DNA of 18,270 nucleotides. It comes from Deferribacterales bacterium. GTDB lineage: Bacteria > Chrysiogenota > Deferribacteres > Deferribacterales > Geovibrionaceae. The notes under the pieces are model-generated. The model had not been told where the DNA came from and did not search any database. It saw only the letters and a list, made by a program, of their open reading frames with translations. Positions 1-8,677 of this stretch are shown here, one piece after another. The stretch is taken from assembly GCA_050253335.1 (NCBI GenBank), contig JBFWJG010000046.1, forward strand, positions 1-18,270, read 5' to 3'. Positions within the stretch are counted from its first letter, which is position 1, and each line of letters begins with the position of its first letter. The position numbers were made by a program, and so were the translations under genes.

Positions 1-1737
1 TGTGCCTCCGTCAAAATCAAAAGTCAGGTCATCAAGGCTGATCTCGCCTGCTTCCGGAACATCTTTTTTCGGAGCTTCCTCTTTTTCCACGACAATTTCC
101 AGATCATCAAAAAGATCATCCAGACCAGTCTTAGGCTGGTACTGCTCGTGAACCTCCGCAGGTTCAGCCTGCTTCGGCTGAGGTTTTATCTCTATATCAC
201 CGAAGATTTCAGTCTCGTCAAAATCATCATCAAGCTGAATTATGCCGTGGGAGATCTCAGGCTCGTCCACCGCCGCGGTGGGTTCAATTTCTCTCTCTCC
301 GTATGTTTCGATAAGCCCGCCTGTCTCTTTTTCTGAAGAGGAGGAAGCGAATTTATCCAAATCAAGCCCTTCGTCATTCATCAGTGCGGGTTCACCGGCA
401 AACGAATCCAGATCAAACTCAGATGTAACTATGGAAAAGTCATCCGTCTCGGGCTCCAAGGGTATTTCAATCACTGGTACAGACACGGGGTCGGGCTCAG
501 GAACCGCCTTCTTCCTGGACGGAACAGAGTCCATAAGCGAGTAGTCAAGGATAGCATCCACTTCCGGATCATCGGCATGGTCAAAAGAAGCTATCTTCAG
601 AGTGTCCGCCTCTTTTTCTTCCCCTATGAGGCCGGATTTTCTGCCGTAAAGCTCGTCCTCTATCCTCAGGGCGCTTTCCTTGTCCCCGCTTCTGGCATAT
701 GCCTCACGGAGAAGATCAAGCACCTGATGCTTCATGTCCATCGCCTGCGCTTTCTCAACTATGGTGCGCATACTTTCAAGAGTGGCTATGGTTTTCATCT
801 CTTCAATGAACTTAAAGCACATTTTGGCGAAAGAGTAATCCAGAACAGCGTCCGAAACGGAGGCTATTTCGGCAAGTATATGCTCGAAAGTTTCCTCATG
901 CCCTTCGCTGACGGCATTCTCAAGGAGATAAGAATATACCTCCGGCTTGGGGTATTTCCTTTTAAGCCGCACAAGGAGAGGCACAAGAGCCGAAAGCTCC
1001 GCACTGTTTACTATTTCGGCAAAATAAGCCTTGTCAAAGTTCTTCTCCAGATGCTCCGCTATCACATCGGTAAGCGAGGGAAGCTTTTCGGGGTTTGATT
1101 TTATGTAGCCGGGCAGGTGTTTTATGTAAAGCTGGCTGTCCGCTCCGGTTTCCACAGCGCAGTTGATGAAAAGAGTGAGGTCGGCAGGGTCTATCTTTTT
1201 GAGGCCGAGGCCTTTTTCCGCTGTGAGCCTCACCTCGTTTGATGAGCCGAAACGGCGCATAACATCAATGAGCGCAGCAATATCAGACGAATTGGCAGAC
1301 TTAACGGAAGTCAGCCTGCGCACGAGACGGTCGGTCTCCTGAGCGAAGCCTCTTCTTGTTCTGCTTTCAAGCAGGGCAGTGAATATGCTTATCTGCTCCC
1401 TGACAAGCCCCTTCTGCCCGTAGAGATCCGCAAGCTTCTCCTGATAATTTTCCTTATCCGGATAGTTGCGGATAATTTTCTTAACCAGCGCTATGGATTT
1501 ATCGAGATAGTTACCGCCTTCGAACTTTTTCAGGAGCGCATCGTAAACTTCAAGGGACTTCTCCTTGTCGCTCATCATGCAGTAAGCATCACCCATGAGG
1601 TTCATGGCCTCGAAGTTATCCGGCTGGGATACGAGGATTTCGCCGCAGGCCTTGACTGTCTGCTTATAGTTCTTTTTGGAGTATAAGGACATTGCGTCCT
1701 GAAAGGTTTTGTCTTTTCTGCCGAAAAAAAGCATCAT
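1..1737 (-). CDS. Large tetratricopeptide-repeat (TPR) protein with long acidic, low-complexity region; 3' end lies outside the window
   Basis: Not in the ORF track. Manual translation gives 579 codons with no stop from ATG 1737 (ATGA overlap with the queE stop; a second ATG is at 1734) to position 1. The N-terminus MMLFFGRKDKTFQDAMSLYSKKNYKQTVKACGEILVSQPDNFEAMNLMGDAY...DKSIALVKKIIRNYPDKENYQEKLADLYGQKG is TPR-like. The last ~190 visible residues are rich in D/E/P. Confidence 0.85.
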   Translation of the reverse strand, partial: MMLFFGRKDKTFQDAMSLYSKKNYKQTVKACGEILVSQPDNFEAMNLMGDAYCMMSDKEKSLEVYDALLKKFEGGNYLDKSIALVKKIIRNYPDKENYQEKLADLYGQKGLVREQISIFTALLESRTRRGFAQETDRLVRRLTSVKSANSSDIAALIDVMRRFGSSNEVRLTAEKGLGLKKIDPADLTLFINCAVETGADSQLYIKHLPGYIKSNPEKLPSLTDVIAEHLEKNFDKAYFAEIVNSAELSALVPLLVRLKRKYPKPEVYSYLLENAVSEGHEETFEHILAEIASVSDAVLDYSFAKMCFKFIEEMKTIATLESMRTIVEKAQAMDMKHQVLDLLREAYARSGDKESALRIEDELYGRKSGLIGEEKEADTLKIASFDHADDPEVDAILDYSLMDSVPSRKKAVPEPDPVSVPVIEIPLEPETDDFSIVTSEFDLDSFAGEPALMNDEGLDLDKFASSSSEKETGGLIETYGEREIEPTAAVDEPEISHGIIQLDDDFDETEIFGDIEIKPQPKQAEPAEVHEQYQPKTGLDDLFDDLEIVVEKEEAPKKDVPEAGEISLDDLTFDFDGGT

Positions 1738-2450
1738 CTTATCCCGAGAAACCTGTGTATTTGAGGACGGTAAAACATTTCGACCCCTTCCCTTGAGAAT
1801 ATCACCTGAACGGTGTCTATTCTATTGAAATCGGCCTTATTGTCCACCGACTGGGCGAAAATTTCCTTAACACCCGCATTGTGAAGAGCGGCGGCGGCCT
1901 CCGTGAGTTCGTCCTCCGTGTTATTATCGTCAAAAACAGCTTTCAGGTAATATTTTTCTTTGCCCAGAAACTTCAGCACAGGCAGAAGCTTCGCCAGATT
2001 TTCCCGCCAGTCCGCGCGGCAGAGTTTGACATCAATGCTGAATATATCAAAAACAGGCTTGAGCGTTTTCAGCTCGGCATGCCTGTAGCCCGAAGTTTCC
2101 AGAAAAAGGCGGCATCCGGCCTGCCTGAAAAGGAGCGCAGTCTCTTTCAGAAACCTGATCTGCTCCGTGGGCTCGCCTCCGGTGAAAGACACCGAATGAA
2201 AAAGGCTCAGATCCGTTCCGGCGCAGACCGCCACAAAAAACTCCTCAGGCGTAACGGGATTGAGGATTGTTTTTCCATACACATCAAAGTTTTCCGGTGC
2301 GCCGAACTGAGTATCGCAGTAGTCGCAGCCGACAGAGCACCCCGCAAGGCGCACGAAAAGCTGACGGGCTCCGGCATAAAGTCCCTCACCCTGAACAGAG
2401 TGGAAAACCTCGTTTATGCTCCCCTTATTCCCAGTATTCCGCTGCGGCAT
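1734..2450 (-). CDS. queE: 7-carboxy-7-deazaguanine synthase (radical SAM)
   Basis: Motifs INEVFHSVQGEG, FVRLAGCSVGCDYCDT (CxxxCxxC), SFTGGEP, LETSG and C-terminal PQIH; adjacent to queD. Start moved from the ORF-track 2609 to ATG 2450, which has GGGAG upstream. Confidence 0.92.
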   Translation of the reverse strand: MPQRNTGNKGSINEVFHSVQGEGLYAGARQLFVRLAGCSVGCDYCDTQFGAPENFDVYGKTILNPVTPEEFFVAVCAGTDLSLFHSVSFTGGEPTEQIRFLKETALLFRQAGCRLFLETSGYRHAELKTLKPVFDIFSIDVKLCRADWRENLAKLLPVLKFLGKEKYYLKAVFDDNNTEDELTEAAAALHNAGVKEIFAQSVDNKADFNRIDTVQVIFSREGVEMFYRPQIHRFLGIR

Positions 2451-2784
2451 TATCGCTCTCCCACACAACAACCCTTTCAACCATGGATCCGAAGTGCTCT
2501 TTAAGCTTATCGTAGATGAACCTGCACATGTTCTCGCTGGTGGGGTTAACTGTCTTAAAGTATTCCAGTTCGTTGATATATTTGTGATCAAGCCCGTCAA
2601 GGATCTCATTGAGGTGTTTCTTCAGCACCTTAAAATCCACAAGCATTCCTATTTTATCCAGTTTGTCTGAAGCGAGGTATGCCTCCACCTTCCAGTTGTG
2701 TCCGTGGAGGTTTTCGCAGTCACCTTCATATCCGCGCAGGTTGTGCGCTGACGCGAAACTTTTTATAACTCTTACTCTGTACAT
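2425..2784 (-). CDS. queD: 6-carboxy-5,6,7,8-tetrahydropterin synthase
   Basis: Motifs FASAHNL, CENLHGHNW, GMLVDF, LDHKYIN, NPTSEN and VWES; 119 aa. Confidence 0.95.
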   Translation of the reverse strand: MYRVRVIKSFASAHNLRGYEGDCENLHGHNWKVEAYLASDKLDKIGMLVDFKVLKKHLNEILDGLDHKYINELEYFKTVNPTSENMCRFIYDKLKEHFGSMVERVVVWESDNAAAEYWE

Positions 2785-3473
2785 TCTTTCAGCTCCGTGA
2801 TTTCTTTCAGGGAGAGCTTTTTAAGCTCCCCTGTTCTGAGTCCGTCTATAGTTATATTGCCTATTCTTACCCTGAGCAGCCTTGAAACACGCAGGCCGAA
2901 AAAGCGGAAAATCTCCCTGATCTGCCGTTTTTTGCCTTCGGTGAGTATCAGGCGGAAATGTCCTGCCTTTATCCGTTCCGCCCCGCAGGGAAGATAATGC
3001 ATCTCATCCGTCTGCAGACCATCTCTGATTTCATCAAGCTCGCTTTCGCTCAAATCACCGTTCACCCAGACGAGATATTCCTTCTCCGCCTTGAATTCGG
3101 ACTTCTGGAGCCTGAGGATCAGATCACCGTCGTTTGTGAAAATAATAAGACCTTCGCTGTCATAGTCAAGCCTGCCGGAGTAGGCGAGCTTTTTTTCTTT
3201 CAGGTAAGGAATGGCTTCCAGAGTTTCCTTACCTCTTCCGTCACCGTAGGCGGTGAGCATTCCGCGGGGTTTGAAAAATCTGTAATACTCAAGCTCTGTC
3301 TCTGTCACAGGTTTGCCGTCCAGTTCTACCCTGTCCGTTTCTGCAACCTGAACGCCGAGTTCGCTCACCCTTTCGCCGTTGATGCGGACAAGCCCGCTTT
3401 CGATAAGCCTGTCCGCCTCGCGTCTGGAAACACCGCAGTTTGCCGAGAGAAATTTATTAAGCCTCACACTCAT
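2772..3473 (-). CDS. rluB: rRNA pseudouridine synthase, RsuA/RluB family, with S4 domain
   Basis: S4 domain (RLNKFLS..GVSRREADRLI..GLVRING), catalytic GRLD, KEYLV and LTEGKKRQIR. It follows scpB, the usual scpAB-rluB order. Start placed at ATG 3473 (ATGA overlap with the scpB stop). The specific symbol rests on synteny. Confidence 0.85.
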   Translation of the reverse strand: MSVRLNKFLSANCGVSRREADRLIESGLVRINGERVSELGVQVAETDRVELDGKPVTETELEYYRFFKPRGMLTAYGDGRGKETLEAIPYLKEKKLAYSGRLDYDSEGLIIFTNDGDLILRLQKSEFKAEKEYLVWVNGDLSESELDEIRDGLQTDEMHYLPCGAERIKAGHFRLILTEGKKRQIREIFRFFGLRVSRLLRVRIGNITIDGLRTGELKKLSLKEITELKECTE

Positions 3474-3997
3474 CCGCCGCTCTGCTTGAGTTCCTGCCAC
3501 TCGCGGAAGGTGGGCATCTCTGAAAGGTCGTTCATGCCGAAATACTCCAGAAACTGCTTGGTGGTGACATAAAGAAGAGGCTTGCCCGGAACATCCTTCC
3601 TGCCTGCAACCTTGATCAGGTTGCGGTCGAGGAGGTACTTCACCGTGCCGGAGGAGTTAACGCCCCTTATTTCGTCTATCTCAAGCCTTGTCACAGGCTG
3701 TTTGTATGCTATTATCGCCGCTGTTTCAAGGCTTGCTCTGCCAAGCGCATCGGACTTTTCGCCGAAGTGGGGGCGGAGCTCCTCAACCAGCGAGCTTTCG
3801 GTAACAAGCTGAAACCCGCCTGATACCATGCGTATTTTAAGCCCCGTGTCCAGCCTGTTGAATTCCTCCGCATATTCCAGCAGCCTGTTTTCGAGGTTCA
3901 TAGGCTCAAAAAAGGCGCGGAAGAACTTTTTCTCCAGCGGAGTGCCGGAGAGAAAAAGCGAGGCGTAAAAAATCTTCTTTTCCCGTGTTTTATCCAT
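3470..3997 (-). CDS. scpB: SMC-Scp complex subunit ScpB
   Basis: Motifs SLETAAIIAYKQPVTRLEIDEIRGV, GRKDVPGKPLLYVTTKQFLEYFG and LSEMP. Start is ATG 3997 or GTG 4003. Confidence 0.95.
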   Translation of the reverse strand: MDKTREKKIFYASLFLSGTPLEKKFFRAFFEPMNLENRLLEYAEEFNRLDTGLKIRMVSGGFQLVTESSLVEELRPHFGEKSDALGRASLETAAIIAYKQPVTRLEIDEIRGVNSSGTVKYLLDRNLIKVAGRKDVPGKPLLYVTTKQFLEYFGMNDLSEMPTFREWQELKQSGG

Positions 3998-4709
3998 CCT
4001 CACCCTCCGCCTTCTCTATAAGAATTTCACCGAAGTTTTCAGTCTGGGAGGCGTTTGCCTCTTTGTTTTTAAGCAGGTCAAGAACCGCCAGAAGTGAAAC
4101 GGCAACCTCTTTCCTGCTTCTGCATGAGCTGACTATCTCGCTCCAGAACATGCGGATTTTCCTTGTCACAAGGCTTTTCAGCCTCGCCACAACCTCTTTG
4201 AAATCCACAATGTTTTTCTCAACCACCATTTTTGTCTTTCTTTCCTTTGTGGTGAGGTCAAAGAACGAATCGGCCAGCAGAAACGGGTCTTCCGTGTCCG
4301 CCTGCTCCTTGGCGATGAACACCGTTTCGGTGCGCATGAGAAACTTGGAGGATTCCTCCTCGCTCTTCCTGAGAAAAAGGGAGACATCCTTGTAAAAAGA
4401 GTATTCCACAAGCTTCTGTGTGAAGAGATATTTCTCCTCTTCCGGATCAAGCTCCTCCTCAAAGAAGGTGTCTCTGGGAAGGAGCATTCTGGATTTGAGA
4501 TACACAAGGTATGACGCCATGTTTATGAAATCCGAGGCGACTTCTATATCAAGCTGCTCCATCTTTTTCACTGCTGAAATGAAGCTTTCGGTAATGATCG
4601 CAATGGGAATGTCGTAAATATTAAGCTCGTTCTTATATATGAGGTGGATCAGGAGATCCAGAGGTCCCTCAAAGTTTTCCAGTGAAACATCAAGAAGTTC
4701 GCTGTTCAT
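3990..4709 (-). CDS. scpA: Segregation and condensation protein A (kleisin)
   Basis: Motifs FEGPLDLLIHLI, IYDIPIAIIT, LKSRMLLP and C-terminal LAVLDL...QTENFGEI. Confidence 0.95.
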   Translation of the reverse strand: MNSELLDVSLENFEGPLDLLIHLIYKNELNIYDIPIAIITESFISAVKKMEQLDIEVASDFINMASYLVYLKSRMLLPRDTFFEEELDPEEEKYLFTQKLVEYSFYKDVSLFLRKSEEESSKFLMRTETVFIAKEQADTEDPFLLADSFFDLTTKERKTKMVVEKNIVDFKEVVARLKSLVTRKIRMFWSEIVSSCRSRKEVAVSLLAVLDLLKNKEANASQTENFGEILIEKAEGEDG

Positions 4710-5686
4710 ATTTTAATGGCTTCACGCACCTTTTCCATAAGTTTTCCCGCCTCTTCGTTCGCTCTTTTCTGCGAACTTTCAAGGAACCCGTCCATATCCT
4801 TTATCTCTGTTTCGAATTTGCGTCTGCGCTCCTGAATAGGCTCTAGGAAGGCTCTCATGTGCTTAATCAGGATCATTTTGCAGTCCATACAGCCTATGCC
4901 CGCTCTTTTGCACTCGGTTGTTATGTACGCCCTCTCCTCTTCCGTGGAGAAAACCTTGTGATAGTCAAAAACGGGACAGACTTCCGGATCACCGACATCG
5001 GTTCTGCGCTGGCGGCGGGTATCTGTTTTCATGCGCTTGAGCTTCTGCTCCACTTCATCAAGGTCTTCGGAAAGCATGATGGCGTTGCCGTAGCTTTTGC
5101 TCATCTTGCGGCCGTCAAGCCCCGGAAGCTTGGGAATCTCCGTCAGAAGCCCTTCGGGTTCCACAAACACCTCGGCATTGTAAAGGAACTGGAAGCGGCG
5201 CACTATCTCACGGGCTATCTCAAGGTGGGGAAGCTGGTCTATGCCCACAGGCACGTAGTTTGCGCCGTATATTATTATATCTGAGCTCATAAGCACGGGA
5301 TAACCGAGGAAACCGAGATTAGAGAGATCCTTGTCAGTGACTTCCTGCTTCATCTCCTTGTAGGTCGGGCATCTTTCCAGCCAGCTCACAGGGGTGATCA
5401 TGGAGAGCAGAAGAAAAAGCTCCGCATGGTACAGGTTTTTGGACTGAACAAACAGGGTGGCCTTTTCGGGGTCAACACCTGATGCAAGCCAGTCAAGCAC
5501 AAGGTCGCGTCTGTTTTCTATGATGTTTTCGGGGTCTTCATAATTGGTTGTGAGTGCGTGCCAGTCCGCCACGAAGTAAAAGCATTCATGCTCGTCCTGC
5601 AGTTTCACCCAGTTTTTGAGGGCGCCGAAGTAATGTCCTATATGGAGTTTGCCCGTGGGGCGCATTCCGCTTAAAACTCTTTTCAT
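4706..5686 (-). CDS. trpS: Tryptophan--tRNA ligase
   Basis: Motifs SGMRPTGKLHIGH (HIGH), ADWHALT, YPVLMSSDI, VPVGIDQ and KMSKS; GAGG RBS upstream. Confidence 0.97.
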   Translation of the reverse strand: MKRVLSGMRPTGKLHIGHYFGALKNWVKLQDEHECFYFVADWHALTTNYEDPENIIENRRDLVLDWLASGVDPEKATLFVQSKNLYHAELFLLLSMITPVSWLERCPTYKEMKQEVTDKDLSNLGFLGYPVLMSSDIIIYGANYVPVGIDQLPHLEIAREIVRRFQFLYNAEVFVEPEGLLTEIPKLPGLDGRKMSKSYGNAIMLSEDLDEVEQKLKRMKTDTRRQRRTDVGDPEVCPVFDYHKVFSTEEERAYITTECKRAGIGCMDCKMILIKHMRAFLEPIQERRRKFETEIKDMDGFLESSQKRANEEAGKLMEKVREAIKI

Positions 5687-5710
5687 CTATTTTTACCTCT
5701 TATCAAATTC

Positions 5711-6349
5711 TTAAAGGAGAAATGCCGTGAGATAGCGGATCACGGGGAGAACCGTTTTGTCGAAAATGCCCGTGAGGAAAAGCAGAATAATAATGATGAA
5801 GCCGTAGCGTTCCGTCTGGGAGAACTTATAAGCCTTCTCAAACGGAAGAAAGTTGGTGAGTATCCGCCCGCCGTCAAGGGGGAGAATCGGAATCAGGTTA
5901 AACACGGCAAGCGCCACATTTATCTGCACGGAGAGTTTCAGCATTATGGCGACAGGCATGGCGACCCTTGCCAGCATGGTGTCCGCATGAATAGGGATGA
6001 AGAGTATCGCCTGAAGCAGAAGAGCAGAAGCCAGAGCAACGGCTATGTTCGAAACAGGCCCTGCGGCGGCCACGATCGCCATTCCGTATTTATTGTGCCT
6101 TATGCGGGAGAAGTTGACGGGAACAGGCTTTGCCCAGCCGAAAAGCTGAGTAATCAGCAGGAACAGCAGCCCCATGATGTCGATATGGGCAAACGGATTG
6201 AGGGTCAGACGGCCGAGTTTCTTCGCCGTGTCATCCCCGAGCATATACGCAGCCGCACCGTGGGAAAGCTCATGCACGGTGATGGCAAAAAAGAACGGCA
6301 CAATGGCCAGAGACATAAATCTTATATATTCCGTAATATTGAAATCCAT
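5711..6349 (-). CDS. Site-2 protease family (peptidase M50) membrane metalloprotease
   Basis: HELSH (HExxH), GRLTLNP, FGWAKPVPVN, AAGPVSN and FNLIPILPLDGG motifs; hydrophobic helices; typical position upstream of trpS-scpAB. Confidence 0.93.
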   Translation of the reverse strand: MDFNITEYIRFMSLAIVPFFFAITVHELSHGAAAYMLGDDTAKKLGRLTLNPFAHIDIMGLLFLLITQLFGWAKPVPVNFSRIRHNKYGMAIVAAAGPVSNIAVALASALLLQAILFIPIHADTMLARVAMPVAIMLKLSVQINVALAVFNLIPILPLDGGRILTNFLPFEKAYKFSQTERYGFIIIILLFLTGIFDKTVLPVIRYLTAFLL

Positions 6350-6398
6350 CAGAAATTCATACCAGATAAACGGGTTTCAGTCAATTTATGATACCTCG

Positions 6399-8000
6399 TC
6401 ACAGAAGCAGCACAAAGGACATAAACCAGTTAAGCTCTATTCTGTCTATATCCCTCTGTCCGCAGGGTGCGGAGTAATATTTCAGAGACTTCCTCGTAAG
6501 GCAGGGATAGCGGTATTCCTTGAGGATGTGCTCATACTCTTTCATCGCCTCCCCTCTTCTGCCGGAAATATCCATAAGCATGGCGCGCATCATAAGCACT
6601 GTCCCCTCCCTGTAGTGGTCAAGATTCTGGGCGAGGGTTTCGTCCGCGAATTCCAGCGCCTTGTGATATTCCCCCAGCTTCGCATAGGAAACTGAAAGAA
6701 AGAGAGGAAAGGCATATTCATCATGCTTCATATTTTTAAGGCCGGACATTATGCTCACAAGCTCTTCATAATTATGGGTTTCGGAGTGGTCACACCCTGA
6801 AAGGGTGTAGGTTTCCATAACTTCGGAATGCGGAACATCCGGTTTTATCACCCTGATGGGTTCGGTTTTCCCGGCGAAAAGGTCAGAGATCGAGTAATCA
6901 TAAATATCCCCCGCTGTTGAAGGGGTCGTGCCGTCCGCAACGGCTATGCGGTCGTCCGCGAAGCTGAAGCTGGCGCTTGAAATAGTGTTGCTGTTGGCCA
7001 CCGTGCATCCGGCGTAAAGATCCCTCTTCATACCTATATCGTGGAAGTCGCCCAGAATTTTGAACATTTTTATATGATCCACGCCGAACCACATGGAGCT
7101 GAGCATGTCGTCCATTCTTTTTTTGCGGTAAAAATTGTTCTGCACCCAGATATAGGCGGGCACAAACTCATCCGACCGTTTATCCGGCGTGTGCGCCATG
7201 TTTGCGTAGCTGAACTTGTTCTCGGTGACTTTAAACTCGCTCATGCCCCTGCTGTTCATCTCAAAGACGGAGCATTCGCCCGTCTTGCCGTCGGTTATGA
7301 GGATTCCCCATCCGCCTGCGGTTTTCTTATATTCAAGGAGGTTACGCACATCGGCAATGCTTCTGCATGTTGCCATTATGTCGGAGACAATGCCCAGAAC
7401 AGGCTCGCCGCTGAGGGAAACCTGCCTTGTGAAAAGAACATGGAGGGAAACGGCAAGCCCTTCCTCATTTATGCTTGTGAGCCCCGGGAGCAGAAGCCCG
7501 TCCGCGCTGAGGGTTATTGAGCCTATCTTGTCCTTGGGCTTGATAACAAGCAGAGAGTGATCCCTTGTCCAGTATTTTCCGCCGTAGAAATCAAGATTTC
7601 TGCCGTGGATAATTCCGTCCCCTTTCTTCACAGCGAGGCTTGAGCAGCCGAGAAAAATCTGGGGCATTCCGCTTATGAAGTAGCCGGACTTGCCCACGAG
7701 ATAAAGAAGCATGTCGGGATAGGAGAGGCTCTTGGAAACAACTGAATAGTCAAGCCCCAGCAGCTCGGAATATGTTTTCCAGAAGAGAAGGTCGTTTTTG
7801 TTGTATTTGGATGAAATAACAGCCGTAAGCTTTTTCAGGGCGAACAGCCCCATGTTACCCAGAAGGTTGTTCCCCACGATTCCGCCCAGAACCTTGCGGG
7901 GGAAGTCCATGAAGTAGTCCAGTGTATCCCTGTGGGTAATCTGCCCGTAGACGGAGGTTGCTATCTCTTCCTGTGTGCCTGAAGCGTATATAACTTTCAT
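6399..8000 (-). CDS. C45-family autoproteolytic Ntn hydrolase/acyltransferase with C-terminal TPR-like helices
   Basis: G-C119-SS nucleophile site followed by GRNLDF, and TSINEEGLAV. The C-terminal SYAKLGEYHKALEFA and ISGRRGEAMKEYE segments are TPR-like. ATGA overlap with the ispD stop. Confidence 0.8.
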   Translation of the reverse strand: MKVIYASGTQEEIATSVYGQITHRDTLDYFMDFPRKVLGGIVGNNLLGNMGLFALKKLTAVISSKYNKNDLLFWKTYSELLGLDYSVVSKSLSYPDMLLYLVGKSGYFISGMPQIFLGCSSLAVKKGDGIIHGRNLDFYGGKYWTRDHSLLVIKPKDKIGSITLSADGLLLPGLTSINEEGLAVSLHVLFTRQVSLSGEPVLGIVSDIMATCRSIADVRNLLEYKKTAGGWGILITDGKTGECSVFEMNSRGMSEFKVTENKFSYANMAHTPDKRSDEFVPAYIWVQNNFYRKKRMDDMLSSMWFGVDHIKMFKILGDFHDIGMKRDLYAGCTVANSNTISSASFSFADDRIAVADGTTPSTAGDIYDYSISDLFAGKTEPIRVIKPDVPHSEVMETYTLSGCDHSETHNYEELVSIMSGLKNMKHDEYAFPLFLSVSYAKLGEYHKALEFADETLAQNLDHYREGTVLMMRAMLMDISGRRGEAMKEYEHILKEYRYPCLTRKSLKYYSAPCGQRDIDRIELNWFMSFVLLL

Positions 8001-8677
8001 ATATTACCGTGGTATTTGCTCATCAGACTCTTAACCAGTTCAATATCGGATGAATATGTTATCTTTATGTTTTCCGGAGTGGACTGAACATAGCGAACCC
8101 TGTGCCCCGCCATCTCCATCGCCATAGACTCGTCAGTGAGGTTCAGCCTCTGCCTTGAGGCGTCCATAACCGCGGCAAGAAGCCTGCGGAGCTCAAACAC
8201 CTGCGGAGTGTGGCTGAGAACATATCTGTTCCTGTCCACTGTGCCCTCTATGCCGTCTGCGGTGATCCTCTTCAGAGTCTCCCGCACAGGAACACAGCAT
8301 ATGCAGGCGCCGGATTCCAAGGCGGTGCTTATTGTTTCCCTCGTGACCTCTGCCGGAACAAAAGGGCGCACGGCGTCATGAATCAGCACATGGGTGCTTC
8401 TCACTTCCAGAAGGCAGTTAAGCACGGTTTTCCAGCGTTCATCCCCGCCCTTTACCATGCGGTAGCTGATACCCAGAGGCTCCGCCGCCTCCTTAACGGT
8501 GTCGAAATCGTCTCCGCCCGCGCCGATGAGAAATTCATCAAAGTCAAATGCGTCACGGAGGCATTTCAGGGCATAATACAGAACCGGGCGCCCGTTAAAC
8601 TCGGCAAACTGCTTTTTCACATTCCCGCCGAAGCGTTTCCCCACTCCTGCTGCCGGTATGACGGCGGTCACGCTCAA
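7997..8677 (-). CDS. ispD: 2-C-methyl-D-erythritol 4-phosphate cytidylyltransferase
   Basis: Motifs IPAAGVGKRFG, KQF, GGDERWKTV, VLIHDAVRPF, TPQVF, TDES and NIKIT. The TTG start overlaps the upstream TGA. Confidence 0.95.
   Translation of the reverse strand: MSVTAVIPAAGVGKRFGGNVKKQFAEFNGRPVLYYALKCLRDAFDFDEFLIGAGGDDFDTVKEAAEPLGISYRMVKGGDERWKTVLNCLLEVRSTHVLIHDAVRPFVPAEVTRETISTALESGACICCVPVRETLKRITADGIEGTVDRNRYVLSHTPQVFELRRLLAAVMDASRQRLNLTDESMAMEMAGHRVRYVQSTPENIKITYSSDIELVKSLMSKYHGNI

Noticed and set aside
148..1098. Plus-strand ORFs 148-336, 242-544 and 577-1098
   Set aside because: These are antisense shadows of the continuous minus-strand TPR gene.
2451..2609. N-terminal extension of queE in the ORF track, or a possible queD-queE frameshift fusion
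   Set aside because: The extension lies inside queD in another frame. Both genes are complete with their own start and stop, QueE similarity begins after ATG 2450, and I saw no convincing slippery site.
1734..2784. queD/queE as part of a 7-deazaguanine DNA-modification (dpd) defence island, or under a preQ1 riboswitch
   Set aside because: No dpdA/tgt-like or other defence genes are in the window, the genes are embedded in a housekeeping operon, and queD overlaps rluB, leaving no leader for a riboswitch.
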